This document shows, piece by piece, positions 8,956 through 17,336 of a stretch of 32,000 bases of DNA. The translations under genes were made by a program, and so were the position numbers. The notes under the pieces were generated by a model, which saw nothing but the letters and a program-made list of their open reading frames with translations, ran no database searches and was not told where the DNA came from. Origin of the DNA: Cylindrospermopsis raciborskii Cr2010 (lineage in GTDB: Bacteria; Cyanobacteriota; Cyanobacteriia; Cyanobacteriales; Nostocaceae); assembly GCF_003367075.2 (NCBI RefSeq), contig NZ_CP065936.1:3660001-3692000 (forward strand), read 5' to 3'. Each line of letters starts with the position of its first letter. Position 1 is the stretch's first letter.

Positions 8956-9953
8956 TTATTTCCAATCCGCTTGAATGAGGTTACGTTTGCTGCGACTAAA
9001 AACCAGTCCCACTTCATGGACTGTTTTCCCCGGTTCTCCTCTATACTTTTGTGCATAGTTACATTCCCGTATCTGTTTTAAGGCTCGGTTCTCTTTCACA
9101 TTCTCCCCATCTACTACCTTGATTTCCATCACGTAAATATGATCACCCAGGATGGCAGTTATGTCCGCTTGACCATAGTTGGTGATATCTTCCGGGATAA
9201 TGCGCGCATTTAAGGAACTCAAAAAAGCATATAGTACAGAAGCGTAGTAACCTTCAAAATCAGCTAGGTCATTGTTGGTAAAGTTACGCCAAGGAATACC
9301 CGCAAATAGACGCTTTATCGCCTTCACTATTGATTCCAAATCCCCATTCCACATACACTCATAAAGGATATCTTGAATAGCGCTCTTTTCATTCACCATT
9401 CCTGTGTATACGTTGATGAACTGGTCGTTTAATGTCAGGCGAACTTCCATGTTAGGTATTTTTAGGGCAAACATGGAACGTCGGTGACGGGTAAAGGTGC
9501 GCTCAATGGTCAAATACCCTGATTGGAACAGCAGGGTAACTGGCATGCACCCGCAATGATTTCTCCGAAACGACCTTGAATATCCTCTAGTTCATAGTCC
9601 ACTCCCAGGGATTGGGCAGTTTTTAAAAAAATACCATTAATTTTTTGGTCCAGCTCTTGTCGGTTTTTTAATACCCCACCAGCAAAGTCTATTTTAATCA
9701 CTGGGAATTTTCTACTCCAGTCCCATTGGTCATGGATATAAAGCCCCTCAAATAATTTCTGATTCCCCTCGAAAATCTCCTTGAGGGTATCTACAAACAG
9801 ACTTTTGCCAAAACGCCCGGGACGAGACAAAAAGAAAGCTCCAGGCTGTTTTATCAACTGGAAGGCAAGCTGTGTTTTGTCCACATAAACGCAGTTGCTC
9901 CCGCGTAGTTTATCTAGGGTGTTGATCCCCAGGGGAAGATTTTTGGGGTTCAT
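8956..9953 (-). pseudogene. AAA-ATPase-like/PD-(D/E)XK gene, copy 4 (blocks N1 + b), inactivated by a 553-bp internal deletion
   Basis: Split into ORFs 9510-9953 (N-terminal 139 aa then out of frame) and 8956-9546 (C-terminal ~195 aa). The junction ggtaacTGGcatgcaccc at 9541-9543 joins the equivalents of 7648 and 8202 of copy 3. 553 is not a multiple of 3. Walker B and the central domain are lost. It also has RPRRFGKS -> RPGRFGKS. Confidence 0.85.
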
Positions 9954-10085
9954 ACTAATGGATATGTGCTTATTATCTTAATCCCAGTTTATCTCTAATT
10001 TAATCATCGGGGTTATTTAGGGGTTGCTAAATAAATCTAAAACCCCGGTGAATAAGGAGTTTCAGTCCCAGAAAAAAGGAATAAA

Positions 10086-10373
10086 ATGCAAGAAAAAGGT
10101 GTAAAATGGGTCAAAACCCTTGCACCAAACTATATTGAGATATATCGCAAACAAAAGCAACAAGACACAACACCGGAAGACTTTGAACTATCCCTTGAGG
10201 GAAAAATAGCACCGGATAACCGCTGGGTCATCTTGGCTAAAATAATACCATGGTCACAATTTGAAGCGGAATATGCAGCAATATTTTCAGAAGGAAAAGG
10301 CGCACCAGCAGACATCAGTTATCCTAATAAATTATGTAAAGAATTTCCGCTCCTTTTTATCCTGGGAGGTTAA
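10086..10373 (+). mobile_element. truncated IS5/IS1182-like transposase gene (N-terminal InsH/DUF772-type fragment only)
   Basis: The translation ...KIAPDNRWVILAKIIPWSQFEAEYAAIFSEGKGAPA matches the N-terminal region of IS5-superfamily transposases as I remember them. Similarity stops after GAPA (~10310) and no DDE domain follows. A possible terminal sequence ggggttgctaaataaatc lies at ~10019. Confidence 0.5.
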
Positions 10374-10551
10374 GAATGGCTCGCGCTAAATCCCTAGCTT
10401 CCGACCAGCTTTCATTTAACGCTTCCTGCAAACGAGATGTTAGAGCGGTATTTTGCCTCAAAAGTTTAGCAATAGCTGTGCGTTGAACACGAATAGTTGC
10501 TCGCCAACTATTTGTCTGCTTCCAATAGGGAATTTTTATTAATTTTATCAT
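10357..10551 (-). CDS. hypothetical short ORF / gene fragment downstream of array-2 copy A
   Basis: 64-aa ORF starting 44 nt after the stop of copy A. No family recognised. Its first ~20 nt are duplicated downstream of copy C (14018-14037), where the reading frame immediately diverges. It may be a remnant. Confidence 0.25.
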   Translation of the reverse strand: MIKLIKIPYWKQTNSWRATIRVQRTAIAKLLRQNTALTSRLQEALNESWSEARDLARAILNLPG

Positions 10552-10595
10552 ACCATTTATTTATTCCTGCTAAAAACAGTCAATTTTACAAACAC

Positions 10596-12155
10596 TCAAG
10601 CCCTAATCACAGTAATTCTATATTGATTTTCTGTCACCACCATCTCAGTTGATAATCTTTCTTCCATTGGTAAGGCATTTTTCCGCCTATCAAAGATAAA
10701 TAACCAACCAAAATCTAAACCCAAACGCCCTAAATACGATTCTAATTGTTCAATTCCATCACCTTGAGGATCGCGTTTTTTATCCCGCCACACTTTTAAT
10801 TCAATCCCTAAAATAACATCTTTATACTGCAAACATAAATCCATTCTATCACTACCAATGGCATATTCCCTTTCTAAAACCCCTCCACCATTAACTACAC
10901 GATGTAAAAAAGCCATTAATACAATATGGGGTGCAATTTCATGATATCCTGTGCTACCTAATAATGGTTCTCCATGTTGTCGCCAAAACTTGAGAAATGC
11001 AGTTAATAAAGCATCAATATTTAATTCACCTGCTGATGTTAACCAAGTTGGTGCAATCATCGGTAAAGAAGCCATTGGTGTGACTGTTAAAACTCTGGGT
11101 AACACTTCCCGATAAATGGGATTAGCAATAGTTAATCCTCCATAGGGGTGCATTTTACATAATCCTAAATCTATCACAAATTGAATATCATCATTAGGTA
11201 TATCCCCTAATTCTAAACCTGCTAACATTGGTTCAATAATTGCCTTTATTCTTGGTTCTCTTAACCTTTCTGCTAAACTATCTAAATGAGTATCTTGACG
11301 AATTATTAATATTTCCTTAGCTGTTAAAATATGTTCTTTGGTAATAGCAATACTTCTATCTTTTACCATTTTTTCTACAATTTCCTTAGCTAAAGCATTC
11401 ACTAACCAAGGTTGTCCTTGGGTTAAATCATAGGCTGTTTCTATAGCTTCAGGTGTGAAAATTTGCCCAGTTGCTGCTGTATGTTGTTGATATAATTCTC
11501 CTACTTCTGCAAGATTAAAATTTCTCATAGTCAAAGAAGCAACTTTTATATTAAAAGGACTAGAAGTATTTAATCTGTCACTACCTCCCGATGCTACTTT
11601 ATAATCTCGCACATCTCGTAAACCAATTAATCCTACTGATGAAGGAAAATTTTCCGGACGTTTAGGAAAACCATCTCTTAATTGTCGTAAAACTGAAATT
11701 AATGTTTGGTCTTGTAAAGAATCAATTTCATCTATAAATAATACTATGGGACGATTTATAGCTTTTGCCCAACCTCTTAAAAAAGCTTTAATTCTGCTTC
11801 CTGCTTCTTCCTGTTGCCATTGTTTAGCAGGAGGGTGTAATTCTTGTGGTAAACTATCTTGGATTGTATTATACCATGCCCCTAAAATTGCTAATTCTGC
11901 GGTGGTAGGATCATGATTAAATGCACTGCCTACTTCTACGGATACCATGACTGCGGCATAATTTCCGCTGTCCGTAAGTTGCTGTGCCAGGGATAACATG
12001 GCGGTGGTTTTCCCTGTTTGTCGTGGTGCGTGTAGGACAAAATAACTTTCTTGTTCAATTAACGTTGATAAGTCGGGTAAACGACTGGTGGTTGAGATGG
12101 TATAGTTTTTTTTAGGGTTACAAGGACCTGCAATATTAAACCAGCGATTGATCAT
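10596..12155 (-). CDS. P-loop NTPase (ORC/Cdc6-like AAA) with C-terminal PD-(D/E)XK-like motif (array 2, copy A)
   Basis: 519-aa intact ORF. Walker A HAPRQTGKTT, Walker B IVLFIDEID, C-terminal DRMDLCLQYKDVILGIELKVW (D..E.K). Block haplotype 1-a-1-L (see findings). Confidence 0.85.
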   Translation of the reverse strand: MINRWFNIAGPCNPKKNYTISTTSRLPDLSTLIEQESYFVLHAPRQTGKTTAMLSLAQQLTDSGNYAAVMVSVEVGSAFNHDPTTAELAILGAWYNTIQDSLPQELHPPAKQWQQEEAGSRIKAFLRGWAKAINRPIVLFIDEIDSLQDQTLISVLRQLRDGFPKRPENFPSSVGLIGLRDVRDYKVASGGSDRLNTSSPFNIKVASLTMRNFNLAEVGELYQQHTAATGQIFTPEAIETAYDLTQGQPWLVNALAKEIVEKMVKDRSIAITKEHILTAKEILIIRQDTHLDSLAERLREPRIKAIIEPMLAGLELGDIPNDDIQFVIDLGLCKMHPYGGLTIANPIYREVLPRVLTVTPMASLPMIAPTWLTSAGELNIDALLTAFLKFWRQHGEPLLGSTGYHEIAPHIVLMAFLHRVVNGGGVLEREYAIGSDRMDLCLQYKDVILGIELKVWRDKKRDPQGDGIEQLESYLGRLGLDFGWLFIFDRRKNALPMEERLSTEMVVTENQYRITVIRA

Positions 12156-12225
12156 GATTTTGGTAATAGGTGAACTCTTTAAGTTTAGATCATTTTTGGG
12201 TTAAGGTGTTGGAATAGATCAACAT

Positions 12226-13782
12226 TTATGCCCTAATCACAGTAATTCTATATTGATTTTCTGTCACCACCACATCAGTTGATAACCTTTCTTCCATTGG
12301 TGAGGCATTTTTCCGCCTATCAAAGATAAATAACCAACCAAAATCTAAACCCAAACGCCCCAAATACGATTCTAATTGTTCAATTCCATCACCTTGAGGA
12401 TCGCGCTTTTTATCCCGCCATACTTTTAATTCAATCCCTAAAATAACATCTTTATACTGCAAACATAAATCCATTCTATCACTACCAATGGCATATTCCC
12501 TTTCTAAAATTCCTCCACCATTAACCACACGATGTAAAAAAGCCATTAATACTATATGTGGTGCAATTTCATGATAAGCAGCACTACTTAATAATGGTTC
12601 TCCATGTTGTCGCCAAAATTTGAGAAATGCAGTTAATAAACTATCTATATTTAATTCACCATTTGCAGTCAACCAACTAGGACTAATTAAGGGTAAACTA
12701 TCCTGAGTTCCTTGGACTAAAACACGGGGAATTACTTCCCTATATATGGGGTTAGAAATAACTAATCCCCCCATTGGATCACGTCTTAATAATCCTAAAT
12801 CTATTAAATATTGGCGATCGTCTGCTAAAGTATCAGGTAATGTTTGTCCTGCTAAAATGGGTTCAATAATATTTTTAACTCGGTTTTCTCTAAGTCTTTC
12901 GGCTAAACTATCTAAATGAGTATCTTGACGAGTAATCAATGTTTCCTTAGCTGTTAAAATATGTTCTTTGGTAATAGCAATACTTCTATCTTTTACCATT
13001 TTTTCTACAATTTCCTTAGCTAAAGCATTCACTAACCAAGGTTGTCCTTGGGTTAAATCATAGGCTGTTTCTATAGCTTCAGGTGTGAAAATTTGCCCAG
13101 TTGCTGCTGTATGTTGTTGATATAATTCTCCTACTTCTGCAAGATTAAAATTTCTCATAGTCAAAGAAGCAACTTTTATATTAAAAGGACTAGAAGTATT
13201 TAATCTGTCACTACCTCCCGATGCTACTTTATAATCTCGCACATCTCGTAAACCAATTAATCCTACTGATGAGGGAAAATTTTCTGGACGGTTAGGAAAA
13301 CCATCTCTTAATTGTCGTAAAACTGAAATTAATGTTTGGTCTTGTAAAGAATCAATTTCATCTATAAATAATACTATGGGACGATTTATAGCTTTTGCCC
13401 AAGCTGATAAAAAAGCCTTAATTCTGCTTCCTGGTTCTTCCTGTTGCCATTGTTTAATAGGTGGTTGTAATTCTTTGGGTAAGCGGATATTTATTGTATT
13501 ATACCATGCCCCTAAAATTGCTAATTCTGCGGTGGTAGGATCATGATTAAATGCACTGCCTACTTCTACGGATACCATGACTGCGGCATAATTTCCGGTA
13601 TTAGTAAGTTGCTGTGCCAGGGATAACATGGCGGTGGTTTTCCCTGTTTGTCGTGGTGCGTGAAGAACAAAATAACTACGTTGTTGAATTAACGCCTCTA
13701 AATCTGGTAATCTAACTGTGGGAGATAAGAGATAGTGGATATCGTTTGAACATGGACCTGCAATATTAAACCAGCGAGTCAT
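12226..13782 (-). CDS. P-loop NTPase/PD-(D/E)XK-like protein (array 2, copy B)
   Basis: ORF 12226-13821. I place the start at MTRWFNIAG (ATG 13782), homologous to the MINRWFNIAG start of copies A, C and D. 518 aa. Haplotype 2-b-2-S. Confidence 0.85.
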   Translation of the reverse strand: MTRWFNIAGPCSNDIHYLLSPTVRLPDLEALIQQRSYFVLHAPRQTGKTTAMLSLAQQLTNTGNYAAVMVSVEVGSAFNHDPTTAELAILGAWYNTINIRLPKELQPPIKQWQQEEPGSRIKAFLSAWAKAINRPIVLFIDEIDSLQDQTLISVLRQLRDGFPNRPENFPSSVGLIGLRDVRDYKVASGGSDRLNTSSPFNIKVASLTMRNFNLAEVGELYQQHTAATGQIFTPEAIETAYDLTQGQPWLVNALAKEIVEKMVKDRSIAITKEHILTAKETLITRQDTHLDSLAERLRENRVKNIIEPILAGQTLPDTLADDRQYLIDLGLLRRDPMGGLVISNPIYREVIPRVLVQGTQDSLPLISPSWLTANGELNIDSLLTAFLKFWRQHGEPLLSSAAYHEIAPHIVLMAFLHRVVNGGGILEREYAIGSDRMDLCLQYKDVILGIELKVWRDKKRDPQGDGIEQLESYLGRLGLDFGWLFIFDRRKNASPMEERLSTDVVVTENQYRITVIRA

Positions 13783-13909
13783 AGAATTTTGGTAATAGGT
13801 GAACTCTTTAAGTTTACACATTTATTTGAGAAAATTATGATCTGGCATTATAAAAAGGTTCACTAGTAAGGAGACAGTGTATTTGTCACTGAAACACCAA
13901 CAGGTATTA

Positions 13910-14002
13910 TTATAACTGCTGGTAATCCTGATTTTGAAAAAGCAATGGAGGCTTACCACCACGTTTATTGGGTTCAATTGTGATATAATCTCTGTAATTC
14001 AT
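13910..14002 (-). pseudogene. possible DUF433-like gene fragment in the insertion between copies B and C
   Basis: 30-codon ORF MNYRDYITIEPNKRGGKPPLLFQNQDYQQL. The first 18 aa resemble the (W/R)DYIxxDPxxxxGKP N-terminal motif of DUF433 proteins from memory. The expected CI.GTRI continuation is absent in this frame. Confidence 0.25.
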
Positions 14003-14076
14003 GATGTGATGAGGGCATTTTTATTAATTTTATCATACCATTTATTCCTGCTAAAAACAGTGAATTTTGCAAACAC

Positions 14077-15636
14077 TCAAGCCCTAATCACAGTAATTCT
14101 ATATTGATTTTCCGTCACCACCACCTCAGTTGATAACCTTTCTTCCATTGGTAAGGCATTTTTCCGCCTATCAAAGATAAATAACCAACCAAAATCTAAA
14201 CTCAAACGCCCTAAATACGATTCTAGTTGTTCAATTCCATCACCTTGAGGATCGCGTTTTTTATCCCGCCACACTTTTAATTCAATCCCTAAAATAACAT
14301 CTTTATACTGCAAACATAAATCCATTCTATCACTACCAATGGCATATTCCCTTTCTAAAACCCCTCCACCATTAACTACACGATGTAAAAAAGCCATTAA
14401 TACAATATGGGGTGCAATTTCATGATATCCTGTGCTACCTAATAATGGTTCTCCATGTTGTCGCCAAAACTTGAGAAATGCAGTTAATAAAGCATCAATA
14501 TTTAATTCACCTGCTGATGTTAACCAAGTTGGTGCAATCATCGGTAAAGAAGCCATTGGTGTGACTGTTAAAACTCTGGGTAACACTTCCCGATAAATGG
14601 GATTAGCAATAGTTAATCCTCCATAGGGGTGCATTTTACATAATCCTAAATCTATCACAAATTGAATATCATCATTAGGTATATCCCCTAATTCTAAACC
14701 TGCTAACATTGGTTCAATAATTGCCTTTATTCTTGGTTCTCTTAACCTTTCTGCTAAACTATCTAAATGAGTATCTTGACGAATTATTAATATTTCCTTA
14801 GCTGTTAAAATATGTTCTTTGGTAATAGCAATACTTCTATCTTTTACCATTTTTTCTACAATTTCCTTAGCTAAAGCATTCACTAACCAAGGTTGTCCTT
14901 GGGTTAAATCATAGGCTGTTTCTATAGCTTCAGGTGTGAAAATTTGCCCAGTTGCTGCTGTATGTTGTTGATATAATTCTCCTACTTCTGCAAGATTAAA
15001 ATTTCTCATAGTCAAAGAAGCAACTTTTATATTAAAAGGACTAGAAGTATTTAATCTGTCACTACCTCCCGATGCTACTTTATAATCTCGCACATCTCGT
15101 AAACCAATTAATCCTACTGATGAGGGAAAATTTTCTGGACGGTTAGGAAAACCATCTCTTAATTGTCGTAAAACTGAAATTAATGTTTGGTCTTGTAAAG
15201 AATCAATTTCATCTATAAATAATACTATGGGACGATTTATAGCTTTTGCCCAAGCTGATAAAAAAGCCTTAATTCTGCTTCCTGGTTCTTCCTGTTGCCA
15301 TTGTTTAATAGGTGGTTGTAATTCTTTGGGTAAGCGGATATTTATTGTATTATACCATGCCCCTAAAATTGCTAATTCTGCGGTGGTAGGATCATGATTA
15401 AATGCACTGCCTACTTCTACGGATACCATGACTGCGGCATAATTTCCGGTATCAGTAAGTTGCTGTGCCAGGGATAACATAGCGGTGGTTTTCCCTGTTT
15501 GTCGTGGTGCGTGTAGGACAAAATAACTTTCTTGTTCAATTAACGTTGATAAGTCGGGTAAACGACTGGTGGTTGAGATGGTATAGTTTTTTTTAGGGTT
15601 ACAAGGACCTGCAATATTAAACCAGCGATTGATCAT
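14077..15636 (-). CDS. P-loop NTPase/PD-(D/E)XK-like protein (array 2, copy C)
   Basis: 519-aa intact ORF. Haplotype 1-b-1-L. Private substitution GRLGLDFG -> GRLSLDFG. Confidence 0.85.
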   Translation of the reverse strand: MINRWFNIAGPCNPKKNYTISTTSRLPDLSTLIEQESYFVLHAPRQTGKTTAMLSLAQQLTDTGNYAAVMVSVEVGSAFNHDPTTAELAILGAWYNTINIRLPKELQPPIKQWQQEEPGSRIKAFLSAWAKAINRPIVLFIDEIDSLQDQTLISVLRQLRDGFPNRPENFPSSVGLIGLRDVRDYKVASGGSDRLNTSSPFNIKVASLTMRNFNLAEVGELYQQHTAATGQIFTPEAIETAYDLTQGQPWLVNALAKEIVEKMVKDRSIAITKEHILTAKEILIIRQDTHLDSLAERLREPRIKAIIEPMLAGLELGDIPNDDIQFVIDLGLCKMHPYGGLTIANPIYREVLPRVLTVTPMASLPMIAPTWLTSAGELNIDALLTAFLKFWRQHGEPLLGSTGYHEIAPHIVLMAFLHRVVNGGGVLEREYAIGSDRMDLCLQYKDVILGIELKVWRDKKRDPQGDGIEQLESYLGRLSLDFGWLFIFDRRKNALPMEERLSTEVVVTENQYRITVIRA

Positions 15637-15706
15637 GATTTTGGTAATAGGTGAACTCTTTAAGTTTAGATCATTTTTGGGTTAAGGTGTTGGAATAGAT
15701 CAACAT

Positions 15707-17266
15707 TTATGCCCTAATCACAGTAATTCTATATTGATTTTCTGTCACCACCACATCAGTTGATAACCTTTCTTCCATTGGTGAGGCATTTTTCCGCCTA
15801 TCAAAGATAAATAACCAACCAAAATCTAAACCCAAACGCCCTAAATACGATTCTAATTGTTCAATTCCATCACCTTGAGGATCGCGTTTTTTATCCCGCC
15901 ACACTTTTAATTCAATCCCTAAAATAACATCTTTATACTGCAAACATAAATCCATTCTATCACTACCAATGGCATATTCCCTTTCTAAAATTCCTCCACC
16001 ATTAACCACACGATGTAAAAAAGCCATTAATACTATATGTGGTGCAATTTCATGATAAGCAGCACTACTTAATAATGGTTCTCCATGTTGTCGCCAAAAT
16101 TTGAGAAATGCAGTTAATAAACTATCTATATTTAATTCACCATTTGCAGTCAACCAACTAGGACTAATTAAGGGTAAACTATCCTGAGTTCCTTGGACTA
16201 AAACACGGGGAATTACTTCCCTATATATGGGGTTAGAAATAACTAATCCCCCCATTGGATCACGTCTTAATAATCCTAAATCTATTAAATATTGGCGATC
16301 GTCTGCTAAAGTATCAGGTAATGTTTGTCCTGCTAAAATGGGTTCAATAATATTTTTAACTCGGTTTTCTCTAAGTCTTTCGGCTAAACTATCTAAATGA
16401 GTATCTTGACGAGTAATCAATGTTTCCTTAGCTGTTAAAATATGTTCTTTGGTAATAGCAATACTTCTATCTTTTACCATTTTTTCTACAATTTCCTTAG
16501 CTAAAGCATTCACTAACCAAGGTTGTCCTTGGGTTAAATCATAGGCTGTTTCTATAGCTTCAGGTGTGAAAATTTGCCCAGTTGCTGCTGTATGTTGTTG
16601 ATATAATTCTCCTACTTCTGCAAGATTAAAATTTCTCATAGTCAAAGAAGCAACTTTTATATTAAAAGGACTAGAAGTATTTAATCTGTCACTACCTCCC
16701 GATGCTACTTTATAATCTCGCACATCTCGTAAACCAATTAATCCTACTGATGAGGGAAAATTTTCTGGACGGTTAGGAAAACCATCTCTTAATTGTCGTA
16801 AAACTGAAATTAATGTTTGGTCTTGTAAAGAATCAATTTCATCTATAAATAATACTATGGGACGATTTATAGCTTTTGCCCAAGCTGATAAAAAAGCCTT
16901 AATTCTGCTTCCTGGTTCTTCCTGTTGCCATTGTTTAATAGGTGGTTGTAATTCTTTGGGTAAGCGGATATTTATTGTATTATACCATGCCCCTAAAATT
17001 GCTAATTCTGCGGTGGTAGGATCATGATTAAATGCACTGCCTACTTCTACGGATACCATGACTGCGGCATAATTTCCGGTATTAGTAAGTTGCTGTGCCA
17101 GGGATAACATAGCGGTGGTTTTCCCTGTTTGTCGTGGTGCGTGTAGGACAAAATAACTTTCTTGTTCAATTAACGTTGATAAGTCGGGTAAACGACTGGT
17201 GGTTGAGATGGTATAGTTTTTTTTAGGGTTACAAGGACCTGCAATATTAAACCAGCGATTGATCAT
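15707..17266 (-). CDS. P-loop NTPase/PD-(D/E)XK-like protein (array 2, copy D)
   Basis: 519-aa intact ORF. Haplotype 1-b-2-S, i.e. the N-terminus of A/C joined to the C-terminal half of B. Confidence 0.85.
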   Translation of the reverse strand: MINRWFNIAGPCNPKKNYTISTTSRLPDLSTLIEQESYFVLHAPRQTGKTTAMLSLAQQLTNTGNYAAVMVSVEVGSAFNHDPTTAELAILGAWYNTINIRLPKELQPPIKQWQQEEPGSRIKAFLSAWAKAINRPIVLFIDEIDSLQDQTLISVLRQLRDGFPNRPENFPSSVGLIGLRDVRDYKVASGGSDRLNTSSPFNIKVASLTMRNFNLAEVGELYQQHTAATGQIFTPEAIETAYDLTQGQPWLVNALAKEIVEKMVKDRSIAITKEHILTAKETLITRQDTHLDSLAERLRENRVKNIIEPILAGQTLPDTLADDRQYLIDLGLLRRDPMGGLVISNPIYREVIPRVLVQGTQDSLPLISPSWLTANGELNIDSLLTAFLKFWRQHGEPLLSSAAYHEIAPHIVLMAFLHRVVNGGGILEREYAIGSDRMDLCLQYKDVILGIELKVWRDKKRDPQGDGIEQLESYLGRLGLDFGWLFIFDRRKNASPMEERLSTDVVVTENQYRITVIRA

Positions 17267-17336
17267 GATTTTGGTAATAGGTGAACTCTTTAAGTTTAGA
17301 TCATTTTTGGGTTAAGGTGTTGGAATAGATCAACAT

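Larger units (their letters stand above)
3335..9953. repeat. tandem gene array 1: four head-to-tail units (periods 1769, 1895, 1895 bp) of an AAA-ATPase-like/PD-(D/E)XK gene plus spacer
   Basis: Stop codons at 3397, 5166, 7061 and 8956. Long stretches identical between units apart from a few substitutions. Each unit ends with the same ~60-bp tail agacagggaataaact.ccttaaccgactggct...atcttaatttatt. Confidence 0.95.

Noticed and set aside
10130-10315. 61-aa minus-strand ORF opposite the IS transposase fragment
   Set aside because: It is antisense to the recognisable transposase N-terminal coding sequence and has no features of its own.
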